DNA of 64,000 nt from Candidatus Calditenuis fumarioli (GCA_030059665.1 JANVYR010000001.1:128001-192000); one strand, 5' to 3'. Shown: positions 44,589-54,667, counted from the stretch's first letter. The notes: generated from the letters alone by a model not told the origin. Translations and numbers: made by a program.

Positions 44589-45482
44589 TTGTCGAGGTCG
44601 GTCCGCATGGATCAGCAGCAGGCAGGGCTCTCGCTGGCGCTGCTCACCGCTCTCCTCTGGGGTGCGACCTCGCTGGAGATGAGGAAGGCGATGGTCAGGC
44701 TGTCGCCGCTCACGGTCACGGCGCTCACCTCCGCGATGGGAGCTGCGATGGGTTTCCTGGGCTCGGTGGTCGATGGGTCCGCGGGCAGGTACGCATCGCT
44801 GAGGACGGACGGCTTGATTTACGCGGCCCTCTCCGGTTTCCTCGTCTTCACGCTCGGCCGGTTCCTGTGGTACCTCGCCATCAACGAGATCGGCGCTTCC
44901 CGGTCCAACTCGGTGGTGGCCTCTGAGGCCTTGATAGCGCCGCTCGCGTCCATCGCCATCACCCGAGAGGGCTTCGGGCCCCTAACGGTCCTCGGGTCGG
45001 TGCTGGTAGTGTCTGGAGTCTGGATGGTCTACAGGTCCATGGGAGACCGCGACAGGTCGGGAAGGAGGTACCTCGGGCTCGGGGCCTCGATCGCCGCGGC
45101 GTTCGTCTTCGCCTTCGGCTCGGCCTTCGCGAGGCTGGCCAACTTCTCCATCGGATCGCCCACTGCGACCTACGCGATCAGCTCAGCTGCGGCGCTGCTC
45201 GCGGTCTCTCCTTTGCTGCCGCGGCACGGCGGCCTCAAGGGGGCCCTCAGGAACGGCCACGCAGCGCTCGGCGGCCTCTTCAACTCGCTCGCCAGCTTCT
45301 CCTACTGGGGCGCCCTCTCGCTCGCACCGGTCCCAGTTGTTGTCCCTGCCTCGCAGTCCTTCCCGGTCTTCACGGTGGTCCTCTCGCTCACCGCCTACAG
45401 GGGTTCGGAGCGGGTCGACGCCTACACGCTGCTCGGCGCCCTCCTCACGACTCTTGGCGTGGTCCTGGTCAGCGCGGCGTAG
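44589..45482 (+). CDS. DMT/EamA transporter (two EamA repeats)
   Basis: 10 TM, YLAINEIGASR, GSERV. Confidence 0.88.
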   Translation: MSRSVRMDQQQAGLSLALLTALLWGATSLEMRKAMVRLSPLTVTALTSAMGAAMGFLGSVVDGSAGRYASLRTDGLIYAALSGFLVFTLGRFLWYLAINEIGASRSNSVVASEALIAPLASIAITREGFGPLTVLGSVLVVSGVWMVYRSMGDRDRSGRRYLGLGASIAAAFVFAFGSAFARLANFSIGSPTATYAISSAAALLAVSPLLPRHGGLKGALRNGHAALGGLFNSLASFSYWGALSLAPVPVVVPASQSFPVFTVVLSLTAYRGSERVDAYTLLGALLTTLGVVLVSAA

Positions 45483-45519
45483 GGATGATATTGCCTGAGG
45501 TGTTCTGGGGGGAAGAGGT

Positions 45520-46587
45520 TTGCTGAAGCTCGTCGGCCTCGGCCTCGGATCTCCGGAGTACTTCACGAGGGCTGCGCTGAGGGAGCTGGAGGACTCGGAC
45601 GTCGTCTACCTCGACACCTACACGGGCTTCCTCGATGAGCGGGCCGTCTCGGAGCTCAGGTCGCTACTCGGCGAGAGGCTGGTCCTTGCCGGCAGGAGGG
45701 ACCTCGAGGAGGGGTCGCGGAGGCTGGTCGAGCTCGCGGAGAAGGAGGAGGTCTCGGTCGCCGTCCCAGGTGATCCCCTGATAGCCACGACCCACTCTTC
45801 CCTTCTCGTCGAGGCCGCAAGGCGCGGCGTGAGCTGGCGCGTCGTCCACGGCGTCTCCGTCCTCTCGGCCGCCGTCTCGAGGTCTGGCCTCTCGGCCTAC
45901 CGCTTCGGCAGGACCGTCACGGTTCCCAGGCGTGCAGGTGCGGAGGAGTACGAGGGGATCTACAGGACCATCGCCTCGAACGTCGAGCTCGGCCTCCACA
46001 CGCTCGTCCTGCTCGACACAGCTGAGGGAGGGCTGACGGCCCATGAGGCCCTCAGGTCGTTGCTGGAGGTCGAGGCGTCGATGGGCTCAGAGGTCCTCTC
46101 GAGGTCGACCCTGATCACGCTGACGAGGATCGGGCTCGAGGGCGAAGCTGTGGTGTGCGGCGACGCGGACCGGGTGATGTGGTCCTCCCTCCCTCCGCCT
46201 CCCCACGTCCTGATAGTTCCCGGGAAGCTCCACTTCGCCGAGCGCGAGTTCCTCGAGCGGGTCCTGGGGTGCGAGGCTCCCCGATCCCGTGAGACGGTTA
46301 GCCCGACCGCGGCGAGGGCCAGGAGCTACATCGAGAAGGCGAGGGAGGTCATCGGGAAGCTCGAGGTGGTGGTTGAGGGCGGGGAGACGAGGCGTCTCCT
46401 CGAGCTGGCGGAGTCGTACGTGAACGACGCGGAGACGTTCCTTCGCTCCGGAAGGTCTGAGGACGCCCTCGTCGCGGTCTCCTACGCGGAGGGTATTTTC
46501 GATGCCCTCAGGCTTCTGGGGCTGGTGAGGTTCGAGTGGCCACGAGGAAGGGGAGGGTCGTTCTCACCACGGGAGCCTTCGAGGTGA
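45520..46587 (+). CDS. dph5: Diphthine synthase fused to C-terminal DUF357
   Basis: LVGLGLG, YLDTYT, GDPLIATTH, YRFGRTVT, LHTLVLLD; tail SYVNDAETFL...SYAEGIFDALRLLG. Confidence 0.92.
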   Translation: MLKLVGLGLGSPEYFTRAALRELEDSDVVYLDTYTGFLDERAVSELRSLLGERLVLAGRRDLEEGSRRLVELAEKEEVSVAVPGDPLIATTHSSLLVEAARRGVSWRVVHGVSVLSAAVSRSGLSAYRFGRTVTVPRRAGAEEYEGIYRTIASNVELGLHTLVLLDTAEGGLTAHEALRSLLEVEASMGSEVLSRSTLITLTRIGLEGEAVVCGDADRVMWSSLPPPPHVLIVPGKLHFAEREFLERVLGCEAPRSRETVSPTAARARSYIEKAREVIGKLEVVVEGGETRRLLELAESYVNDAETFLRSGRSEDALVAVSYAEGIFDALRLLGLVRFEWPRGRGGSFSPREPSR

Positions 46588-47000
46588 TCCACCCCGGACA
46601 CGTCTACCTGCTCCGTCAGGCCAGGCGCCTCGCGGGGAAGAGGGGGAAGGTGATCGTGGTCCTGGCGACCGACGAAACCATCAGGCAGAGGAAGGGAAGG
46701 GAGCCGGTGATGGGCGAGCGCGAGCGGCTCCAGGTCGTCTCCAGCATCAGGTACGTCGACAAAGCGGTCATCGGTTACAGGCCCATGAGCTTCGAGAAGG
46801 TGCTGAGGCGCTTCAAACCCGACGTCGTCCTCTTCGGCTACGACCAGGGAGAGATCGAGCGGGCCTTCAGGGAGTTCGTCGCCTCGAAGGGGATCAAGGT
46901 CAGGATCGTCCGGGCTAAAGCCATGCCGGGTACCGAGAGGATCAGCACCACCGTCATTTTGAACAGGGCGCTGAGGAACGCCTCGCAGGGCACCGGGTGA
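46536..47000 (+). CDS. ribL: Cytidylyltransferase-family FAD synthetase RibL
   Basis: GAFEVIHPGH (HxGH), R.QVVSSIRYVD, KPDVVLFGYDQ; overlaps the dph5 3' end by 52 nt. Confidence 0.8.
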   Translation: MATRKGRVVLTTGAFEVIHPGHVYLLRQARRLAGKRGKVIVVLATDETIRQRKGREPVMGERERLQVVSSIRYVDKAVIGYRPMSFEKVLRRFKPDVVLFGYDQGEIERAFREFVASKGIKVRIVRAKAMPGTERISTTVILNRALRNASQGTG

Positions 47001-47076
47001 CCTAACGTCGGATTCTACGGTTGCGGTCTCGCGTTCCGGATGGGTTTAATTGACGGTACGGCAGCTGGGGGGAGGG

Positions 47077-47478
47077 ATGTCCCAGAAGCCCAACGTGCCA
47101 CGGCTGGTGCTCTCAGACCCGAGCACCGGGACCGCGAAGACCATCCAGCTGACGCCCCAGCAGTTCGCCGTCTTCAGGGGAAAGAGGATCGGAGACGTCA
47201 TCGACGGAGGGCCGCTCGGGCTCGGCGACTTCAAGATCAGGATAACCGGCGGCAGCGACTTCGCGGGGTTCCCGATGAGACCTGACGTGAGCGGTGCGAG
47301 GCTGGTACAGGTGCTGCTGACGAAGGGCATCGGGTTCAAGGCGCGCCGCAAGCCGCCCTCGAAGGCCAAGAAGCGGAGGAACAGGAGGACCGTGAAGGGC
47401 CTGAGGAAGAGGGTATCGGTCAGGGGCAACACGATCAGCGACGCGATAGTCCAGATCAACGCCGTCATCGTGAGGTGA
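47077..47478 (+). CDS. rps6e: 30S ribosomal protein eS6
   Basis: SDPSTG, GKRIGDVIDG, ITGGSDFAGFPMRPD, VRGNTISD.IVQIN. Confidence 0.96.
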   Translation: MSQKPNVPRLVLSDPSTGTAKTIQLTPQQFAVFRGKRIGDVIDGGPLGLGDFKIRITGGSDFAGFPMRPDVSGARLVQVLLTKGIGFKARRKPPSKAKKRRNRRTVKGLRKRVSVRGNTISDAIVQINAVIVR

Positions 47479-47789
47479 GGCCCTTGTCCCTCCCTGAGGT
47501 GAGGGTGGTCGAGCGGAGGAGGAACGAGCTGCTGAAGAGGGTCGAGTACGTCCTGGAGGTCGCCAACCAGAGCGGCACGCCGAGCAGGGCCGACCTGAGG
47601 AAGGTCCTCTCGACGGTGCTCGACGCGAAGGAGGACAACCTCGTGCTGGTGAAGGTGCTCACGCCCGCAGGAAGGAACTGGACCAGGGTGATCGCGAGGG
47701 TTTACGACTCGAGGGAGCAGCTGATGAGGATCGAGCCGAAGTACCTGCTGATGAGGGAGGGGTTCCTAGAGAGGCCCAAGAAGGGCTGA
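47475..47789 (+). CDS. rps24e: 30S ribosomal protein eS24
   Basis: RNELLKRVE, TPSRADL, ARVYDS, IEPKYLLMR. Confidence 0.92.
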   Translation: MRPLSLPEVRVVERRRNELLKRVEYVLEVANQSGTPSRADLRKVLSTVLDAKEDNLVLVKVLTPAGRNWTRVIARVYDSREQLMRIEPKYLLMREGFLERPKKG

Positions 47790-47792
47790 CCC

Positions 47793-48842
47793 TCAGGCCC
47801 TGATCGTTTCTCCGCCGCTCGCCTTCCTGAGCCGGTTCATTATCGCGAGGCCGAGCCCCCGCTCCTCCACGCCCTCCGCGACGATCACGTCGACGCCCCT
47901 CTCGTCCAGCTCCCGGATCGAGGTGAAGAGCGATCTCGCCACCCTCCTGAGGTCGGATCTTGGGCCCAAGTCGATCACCTCAGCACCAGGGTACTCTGCT
48001 CCGTCCAGCGCCAGGACTCCGACGCGCTTGCCCTGGGAGGTCAGCTCCGCCACGAGCTCAGCGACCTTACGCCTCACGGACACCGGATCGCCCTCGACCA
48101 ACACAACCCTGCACCTCGGAGCGTAGTGCCGGTACTTCATCCCCGGAGACCTGGGTCGGCCCGAGAAGGATCCCAGGCCCCTCGCCGCCTCGGTCACACT
48201 CACCCTTCCCAGCACTCCCTCGATCTCCTCCACGGGCACCCCTCCCGGCCTCAGAAGCTCCGGCGGGTCCACCGTCAGGTCGATCACCGTCGACTCGACG
48301 CCGATCTCCGTCGGCCCTCCGTCCAGTACCATCTCGATCCTTCCACCGAGGTCCCTCAGCACGTGCTCGGCGGTGGTCGGGCTAGGGGATCCGGAGAGGT
48401 TGGCGCTCGGTGCTGCTATGGGTACGCCGGACTCCCTGATCAGGTCGAGAGCCACCCGGTGCGCAGGCATCCTGACAGCCACGGTCTCGAGCCCTCCGCA
48501 GGTGATCGGGGGAACCAACTCCGTCCTTTTCAGGACCAGCGTCAGCGGACCGGGCCAGAACCTCGAGATGAGCTCCTCTGCAGCAGGAGGGACCTCCGCA
48601 GCCAGCAAATAGATGCTGTCCTTGTCGGCCACGTGGACGATGATCGGGTTGTCGGGTGGTCTCCCCTTTACCTCGAAGATCCTCCGGACGGCCCGCTCGT
48701 TCAGCGCGTCGGCACCGAGTCCGTAGACCGTCTCCGTCGGGAACGCCACGAGCCCGCCTGCCCTGATCACCTCAGCCGCCTCCGCGATCGCCTCCCGCTC
48801 CGGTTCGTGCGGGTTCACCCTCAGCACCCGCGTCGTTCGCAT
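47793..48842 (-). CDS. sua5: L-threonylcarbamoyladenylate synthase Sua5
   Basis: AFPTETVYGLG, KGRP.DNP.IVH, APSAN.SG..SPT, SPGMKYRHYAP, Sua5 C-terminal domain. Confidence 0.96.
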   Translation of the reverse strand: MRTTRVLRVNPHEPEREAIAEAAEVIRAGGLVAFPTETVYGLGADALNERAVRRIFEVKGRPPDNPIIVHVADKDSIYLLAAEVPPAAEELISRFWPGPLTLVLKRTELVPPITCGGLETVAVRMPAHRVALDLIRESGVPIAAPSANLSGSPSPTTAEHVLRDLGGRIEMVLDGGPTEIGVESTVIDLTVDPPELLRPGGVPVEEIEGVLGRVSVTEAARGLGSFSGRPRSPGMKYRHYAPRCRVVLVEGDPVSVRRKVAELVAELTSQGKRVGVLALDGAEYPGAEVIDLGPRSDLRRVARSLFTSIRELDERGVDVIVAEGVEERGLGLAIMNRLRKASGGETIRA

Positions 48843-49234
48843 CCCGATGTTGGTAGATCCTCTCAGCACAAAAACTCCGAGCTTGGTGCGCGCCTGATCC
48901 TCGCGCCTGTATTGGACGCCAGCTCTCGAGGCCGCAAAGGTCCCTCCATTGACATCCCCCGAAACCTTGAAGCCGCCTGAGCCTGACGGCAAGGCGCAGA
49001 GACGGACGTTCGGGAGCTCGACGGGGCCACCAACCACCCGAGCTGCCCGTTTTCACACGATTCGCCCCTCTTTTGCAGAACTCATGGGAAATAGATGTAA
49101 CTGCGATTCCGAGAGCCGCCTAATGCCGGGCCCCGAGAAGCGCGTGAACGGTTCGCGGTTGAGGTATGGAGCTAGATGTGAGGGCCTGGCGTGCCACAAG
49201 GCACTTAAAGCGGTGGTCCGCTTTCGGTGATGGA

Positions 49235-49987
49235 TTGAGTCTGGACCTGAAGAAGGAGTTCCTGCGGCTCCTCGAGGAGGACGAGGAGTTCAGGTACGCG
49301 GTCGCCGGCAGGATAGGGATACTGGAGATACTGAAGAGGATGGACGCCCTGGAGGAGAGAATGGACAGGCTCTGGGAGAACCAGAACAAACTTTGGGAGG
49401 AGGTCAGATACCTTAGGGAAGGGCAGAACAGACTTTGGGAGAGCCTAAACAGACTTTGGGAGAGCGTGAAGCGACTCGAGGAGAACCAGAACAGACTGTG
49501 GGAGAATATCACCAAGCTGTGGGAGGAAGTGAAGGCCTTAAGGGAGGAATACCGAAAGCTCCGGAATTACGTGGTGGCCGGCTTCTCCGATCTGAGGTCT
49601 GCCCTGGGGGTTACGTTCGAGATGCAGGCGGCCTCATACCTCCAGCTGGTTCTCGAGCAGATGGGCTACGGATTAGCGCGGGTTGAGAGGAAGTTTCTGG
49701 TTCACGACGGCGACGTGATCGAGATCAACCTCTTCTGCGAGGAGCCCCTGGTCGTCGGCGAGGTGACCTTGACCGTCAGGAGTGAGGAGGAGGCAGTGCG
49801 CGAGGTCTCCAAGCTGTTGAAGAGGATCGAGGCGGTCGTCTCGAGGTACGGAAGGAGGCCCGTGTTATCGGTCCTGTCTGTGGCCAGGGCTACACCCGAA
49901 GCAGCCCAGAAGCTGAGGAGCGAGGCGGAGAAACACGGTATCAGATTGATCCTGGGAGCCGAGATAGAGGAAGCGCTGCGGATTTGA
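49235..49987 (+). CDS. Coiled-coil heptad-repeat protein with C-terminal PD-(D/E)XK-like domain (DUF3782-type)
   Basis: EFRYAVAG.IG N-terminus, repeated (N/D)RLWE heptads, EINL...GEVT; TTG start after GGTGA. Confidence 0.8.
   Translation: MSLDLKKEFLRLLEEDEEFRYAVAGRIGILEILKRMDALEERMDRLWENQNKLWEEVRYLREGQNRLWESLNRLWESVKRLEENQNRLWENITKLWEEVKALREEYRKLRNYVVAGFSDLRSALGVTFEMQAASYLQLVLEQMGYGLARVERKFLVHDGDVIEINLFCEEPLVVGEVTLTVRSEEEAVREVSKLLKRIEAVVSRYGRRPVLSVLSVARATPEAAQKLRSEAEKHGIRLILGAEIEEALRI
49365..49545 (+). repeat. 21-bp-period degenerate tandem repeats encoding heptads
   Basis: AACAGACTTTGGGAGAGC identical at 49427-49444 and 49448-49465, with further degenerate copies. Confidence 0.85.
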
Positions 49988-50152
49988 ATTGGGCCCATTG
50001 TCGAATTGGACCGGTGACCTAGGAGGGTCGCGGGGGCGTCGACCTTTCCTCAGAAACATCCCCAAAATTCCTGATGGGTAGACGCGCATGTTCGGTCATA
50101 GCTGAGGTTCTCTCCCACTGCGCCCGTAATGCAACGCGGAACGTTCCCTGCG

Positions 50153-50653
50153 CTACGGCACCAGAAGCACCGGAACCCTGGATCGCCTGGCCACCTCCAC
50201 CGCAACGCGCCAGAAGAAGTCGCCCTCGTCGTCCCCCCTGCCCATCACGATCATCGCGCATCCCTCCTCCGCCTCAGCCAGGATCCCTGACCAGGCGTCA
50301 CCGGTCCTTTTGACTGGCTTGAAGGTGGCGGTTATCCCGAGCTCCCTTGCCCTAGCGAGCACTTGATCAGCCGTCTCGTGGACCCTGATCACCTCCTTCG
50401 TCCGTGCAGTCGTCGGGAGGGGTACGGGTGCGACCGGCCCCCGCTCGGCCGTTGAGGGCTTCAGGAGCTGGTCCAGCGGCCCCTGGAGCACGTGGGGTGA
50501 CGTCACCGCCGTTATCCTCAGGTCCAGTCCGAGCTCTTCCGCCAGCCAGAGGGCCGTCTCCCCCGCCCTCCTCGACGATTCGCCCGCGGTAACCACCAGC
50601 AGCAGGTAACGCCTCGATTCGCGACCGCCGGCCCGCTCCTCAGCACCCGTCAA
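50153..50653 (-). CDS. Universal stress protein UspA
   Basis: GDAWSGILAEAEE...IVMGRG...VAVEVARRSRVPVLLVP. Confidence 0.85.
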   Translation of the reverse strand: MTGAEERAGGRESRRYLLLVVTAGESSRRAGETALWLAEELGLDLRITAVTSPHVLQGPLDQLLKPSTAERGPVAPVPLPTTARTKEVIRVHETADQVLARARELGITATFKPVKRTGDAWSGILAEAEEGCAMIVMGRGDDEGDFFWRVAVEVARRSRVPVLLVP

Positions 50654-50921
50654 TCGTCATCACCCGCCTCTTCCCGAATCGGAAGTCCTTGCAGCCGGAC
50701 GTGACGATCCATGAGCCGTTCGCCGACCCAATCAAGTGGCTTCTGCCCACCGCGTTCTCCTTCTTTGCTATCGAATAAAGGATGAAGGACCAAGATGACT
50801 TGGCAGCATACATGGAACCTCATTGAGTTGCACCAGTGCGGTCTGGTGTTCCGTGAACCCTCATTGACGTTAGCGGGTGCTGATTGGCATGTGTCAAATC
50901 GCAGGCCAGCCACCTCAGCCC

Positions 50922-52115
50922 TCACCGCACATACCTGTTAAGCCTGAAGTGCAGCACACCAAAGACGAACCTCCCCACAGTAGAGAGCAGGTACACCGGG
51001 ATCATGGCCGCTGCGACGTCCCCGTTCAGCGACGTCAGCTGATCCACCAGGGCCCCGCCCACCGTCGAGCCGACGAAGCTGGAGATCCCCTGGAGCACGT
51101 TCGCTATGGCAACGTACGTAGCCCTCCCCTCGACCGGAACCACCGCGAGCAGGTAGAGGGTCCTTGCGGTGTTAATCACCGGGAACAAAAGGCCCGTCAT
51201 CACGTTCACTGCCACCAGCATCGGAACCACCGGCGTGAAGCCGTATACCAGCGGAACCGCAGCGAATGCCGCCCTCGAGATCGCCTGAAGCTTCACGAAC
51301 CCAATCAGGTCCACGTTTGCCCTCGAGACCAGGTAGATCGTCGCGATCGAGGCGATATCGCTAACGACGCTGAGCGCCGCTATCACGGAGAGGTCGAGCC
51401 GCGCGACCCTTGTCACTGTGATCGTGAAGAGGGGCCAGGCGATCGACATGAAGAGTATGTAAAGGGTGTTCAGTAGGACGTACTGCAGGTACGCCGAGTT
51501 CGCGGTTATCTCGCTGATCACAGAAAGGGAAGGCATCCTCTTTCCAACTTTCTGTTCCCTGATGCCTAGCAAAACCACCGCAGAGGCGAGCTCCGCGACC
51601 ATTGCGATCAGGAAGCCTATGTGGTAACCGTTCAGGCCGAACAGGCTCACGGCAGCCACCGTCGATGTTGCCACCGCAGCTCCCACGGTGCTCCAGGCAT
51701 TGATCTGGACGGTCACCCGCGTGCGCTCGGCCGGCTCCGTCACATCGGCTATGAGGGCCGTGAAGGTCGGGAGAGTCATCGAGTAGAAGGCGAACCTGAG
51801 AGCCATCAGCAGGACGAATGTGCCCGGAGAGGTGGTCATCAGGGCCAGCGGCCAGATGGCCGCCGAGAGCAGTCCTCCCGCCACAAGAAGCGGCACCCTC
51901 CTTCCCATCGCGTCCGATATCGAACCCCAGATCAGCTGGGCCGCGTTCGTCGTGAAGTTCATCGAGGCGTGCAGGAGGCCGAGCTCCGTCGGCGACGCGC
52001 CTAACTGGGCCGCATAGACCGCTATGAAGGGCTGAGCCGATCCCATTGCGACCGAAGAGGCGAGCGAGTTGGCGTACAGCGCTTTGGTCCTGCTCAACCC
52101 GATCCCTCCGTTCAT
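50922..52115 (-). CDS. MFS transporter
   Basis: 12 TM, GSISDAMGRRV motif A; start placed at ATG 52115. Confidence 0.9.
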   Translation of the reverse strand: MNGGIGLSRTKALYANSLASSVAMGSAQPFIAVYAAQLGASPTELGLLHASMNFTTNAAQLIWGSISDAMGRRVPLLVAGGLLSAAIWPLALMTTSPGTFVLLMALRFAFYSMTLPTFTALIADVTEPAERTRVTVQINAWSTVGAAVATSTVAAVSLFGLNGYHIGFLIAMVAELASAVVLLGIREQKVGKRMPSLSVISEITANSAYLQYVLLNTLYILFMSIAWPLFTITVTRVARLDLSVIAALSVVSDIASIATIYLVSRANVDLIGFVKLQAISRAAFAAVPLVYGFTPVVPMLVAVNVMTGLLFPVINTARTLYLLAVVPVEGRATYVAIANVLQGISSFVGSTVGGALVDQLTSLNGDVAAAMIPVYLLSTVGRFVFGVLHFRLNRYVR

Positions 52116-52183
52116 CGGTCGCTCAAAACCCCAGCACCGGTTCAGCTCTTTACTCAGCTTAATGGCGGAATTCTGGGAGCGGG

Positions 52184-52951
52184 ATGTCGGGACTCGGCGA
52201 GGTCTGGCCGACTGTCGAGAGGGCGCTGGTGCAGATCGGCGGCACATACGACAGGATAAACCGGTTCCTCTCCCTCGGGTTCGATGTGCGGCTCAGGGAG
52301 AGGGCCATCCGGATCGCTGGGAGGGACTGCAACGGCAGGGTTCTCGACGCAGGAAGCGGTCCTGGAACTTTCTCGCAGCTGGCCCTGAGGATCTGGCGCG
52401 GTGCTGACTTGGTGGCGATGGATCCCTTGGACGTCATGGTCAACCTCTGCAAGCGGAGGATCAGAACCGAGCGGTTCGATGCCGTCAGGGGTGTCTTCGA
52501 GAGGATGCCCTTCAGGGACGGTTGCTTTGACGTCGTGCTGACCGGGTTCTCGATCAGGGACGCGATAGACCTCAGGAAGGCCATCTCGGAGGTGAGGGGG
52601 GTCCTTAGAGAGGGCGGAAGTTACGTCCTATGCGACATCTCAAAGCCCGACCTGGCACCGATGAGGTTCATCGTCTCCGCTTACTGGTTCCTCGTGGCAC
52701 CTCTGCTAGGACTGCTTGCAGCGGGCGTTAAGGGCCTAAGGGTCTGGGACATTTACCGGACCTACCGGAGGTGGCCGGAGAGGGGGAAACTGATAGGGCT
52801 TCTTAGAAGGTACTTCTCGGTCGAGAAAGTGGTGAATGCGCTGTTGGGCGGCGCACTTATCGTTATGTGCAGGAAAAATACTTTCCGGAAATTTTTGTCA
52901 CTAACATCGAATGTAGAAATTCGCCCGGGTAACTCTCGGAATGAGGGATGA
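52184..52951 (+). CDS. UbiE/MenG-family class I SAM methyltransferase
   Basis: YDRINRFLSLG, VLDAGSGPG, MPFRDGCFD, GFSIRD. Confidence 0.88.
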   Translation: MSGLGEVWPTVERALVQIGGTYDRINRFLSLGFDVRLRERAIRIAGRDCNGRVLDAGSGPGTFSQLALRIWRGADLVAMDPLDVMVNLCKRRIRTERFDAVRGVFERMPFRDGCFDVVLTGFSIRDAIDLRKAISEVRGVLREGGSYVLCDISKPDLAPMRFIVSAYWFLVAPLLGLLAAGVKGLRVWDIYRTYRRWPERGKLIGLLRRYFSVEKVVNALLGGALIVMCRKNTFRKFLSLTSNVEIRPGNSRNEG

Positions 52952-53208
52952 CCTCATCGTTGATAATTCTGATAAGTTTAAATCTTAGTTGTAATTGATA
53001 AAATGTGCGAATTACTGCAAGATCATGCGAAAAAGGGGAGGGTTGGTGGGTTTAAAGCAGATCTTTCAGCTGTAATCCGCTAGGGGGCCACCAAAAAGGG
53101 GATGGTATCAGGTGAATGGATATATTAAAAACTTAAAATGGAAAGTTGGGAGGCGCTTTGAATCTTTCTTAAGATACGTTTTTATAAAACTAATGTATAA
53201 TTGGATTT

Positions 53209-54381
53209 ATGAAGATTGATAACAGAAAATCACTAATAATCGTCGGCATTTTAGCTGCAACTAGTAGTTTGGTCCACTTCGGAAATGCTAATCAGGTTCG
53301 TGGCAACCCAATGCTAGATTTCGATTCACCTTACTATGTTCATTTGATTCTATGGATGGGGGGAGAAATCGACAGTTTACCACCTCAACCCTTCCGAATG
53401 AGGATTACCGTTCCAGCTCTCGCAAGTTTAATATATAGGTATATAGGGGTGAACAACGCATTTGGATTGATAAACTCGATTTTGTGGATAGCAACAGTTT
53501 TAATATACTTCTATGCAGTCAGAAAACTCTACGATATAAAGACAGCAACCGTCACCTCTGTTCTTTTCTCTTATTCTGTCCCTGTTATGGTCTATGGGGC
53601 AGCTATTTCGACTGATATGCTAGGATATTTGGCTTTAGCGGCAACGACTTTATATCTCGTAAAAAGCTCGTCCCAAGAAACAAAGTCGATGATTTTGCTA
53701 GGTGTTTTATTATATTTCGCAACTATGGGCAGGGAGGTAAGCATCCTCGCTATAGCGTATGTGTTTATATATAGAATTCTTACCGATAGGAAAAGATTTT
53801 ATTCTGCGGTCGTGGAGGTTTTCTATCTCTTAGTTTTTGCCGTTTTAGGTCTAGTAACGGCAAGTCTATTGATACCTCAACCTGGATATACCGCATACTT
53901 TTATCAAGCGTTACAGGGTTCGTTATCAGTGGATAAAGTATTGAGAGAAGCCTATCAAATCATAGCCACTTATCATATTGGATGGATATTCATCTGCTGG
54001 AATTTAATTAATGTAAGGCGTTCGGAAAAGGATAGGGGAGACGTACTATTTCTAACGTCACTGATTGTGGGAAGCACTTTCCTTATTATCGATCATTTTA
54101 TAGGAGTTATCAGTTCTCGGTTTGTTTTCTTAACATATCTAGGTTTTATAATCGCAATCTATAGGGGAATGGAATCTATTAGGGATTTGTTATGCCTGAA
54201 GCCAAAATTAGGTTTTTGTCGGCACATCAGCTGGATGGTTTTTACCGTGTACGTCGGAGTTGGCTTAATTTTCACAGCCGAGAGCAATTTATCTTTCCCA
54301 ACAATATCTGATACCCAAATCGCTCAACTTTTTCCGAAAAATTATCCCATAGAAAAACTTTGGCGAATCAAGGGTGAATGA
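53209..54381 (+). CDS. AT-rich polytopic membrane protein, GT-C glycosyltransferase-like
   Basis: About 10 TM, DFDSPYY in the first loop, PFRMRI, STD, GRE; very low GC. Confidence 0.6.
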   Translation: MKIDNRKSLIIVGILAATSSLVHFGNANQVRGNPMLDFDSPYYVHLILWMGGEIDSLPPQPFRMRITVPALASLIYRYIGVNNAFGLINSILWIATVLIYFYAVRKLYDIKTATVTSVLFSYSVPVMVYGAAISTDMLGYLALAATTLYLVKSSSQETKSMILLGVLLYFATMGREVSILAIAYVFIYRILTDRKRFYSAVVEVFYLLVFAVLGLVTASLLIPQPGYTAYFYQALQGSLSVDKVLREAYQIIATYHIGWIFICWNLINVRRSEKDRGDVLFLTSLIVGSTFLIIDHFIGVISSRFVFLTYLGFIIAIYRGMESIRDLLCLKPKLGFCRHISWMVFTVYVGVGLIFTAESNLSFPTISDTQIAQLFPKNYPIEKLWRIKGE

Positions 54382-54667
54382 TAATTTTGTTTTTACTTAT
54401 AATGCTATCCGTATATCCTCGCTACGAATAAAATATACTTTAAGTTTATATAAAAAATCTTGATCGAACACCAGCAGTTTATTATTATATCCTTTAAAGG
54501 TAGTTTCCTTAAGTTAATCATTTACTAGTGAGGAGTACAGGTAATGGCTTGTGAAGGGCGGGTTCTCTCTTTCAGGCAGCTTCGAGGAAGGGAGGTCAGG
54601 CAGCCGCGACAGCCCGTATTTTCCAATTGTTAAATAAGGGCTCCGGACGAGATGGTGAAGCGAAAGG

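Noticed and set aside
49365-49545. CRISPR array
   Set aside because: The repeats are 21-bp-period, in-frame and degenerate, with no unique spacers. No CRISPR repeats or cas genes occur anywhere in the window.
50640-50665. GTGATGA-13 nt-CTGA on the minus strand
   Set aside because: It is explained by the GGTGA SD and first codons of uspA, and there is no second box pair.
50650-50925. ORF 50650..50925 between the MFS gene and uspA
   Set aside because: No motif, no clear start signal and atypical composition, so it cannot be supported as a gene.
283-52600. Many long antisense or alternate-frame ORFs (e.g. 20431..22176, 13301..14494, 8610..9662, 17337..18407, 36010..36957)
   Set aside because: They overlap well-supported genes, are Arg/Pro/Gly-rich and lack motifs. 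They are expected shadow ORFs in high-GC DNA.
53074-53093. AATCCGCTAGGGGGCCACCA resembling a tRNA 3' end (possible attR at the island border)
   Set aside because: There is no intact T-arm, it does not match either tRNA in the window, and no integrase is present.
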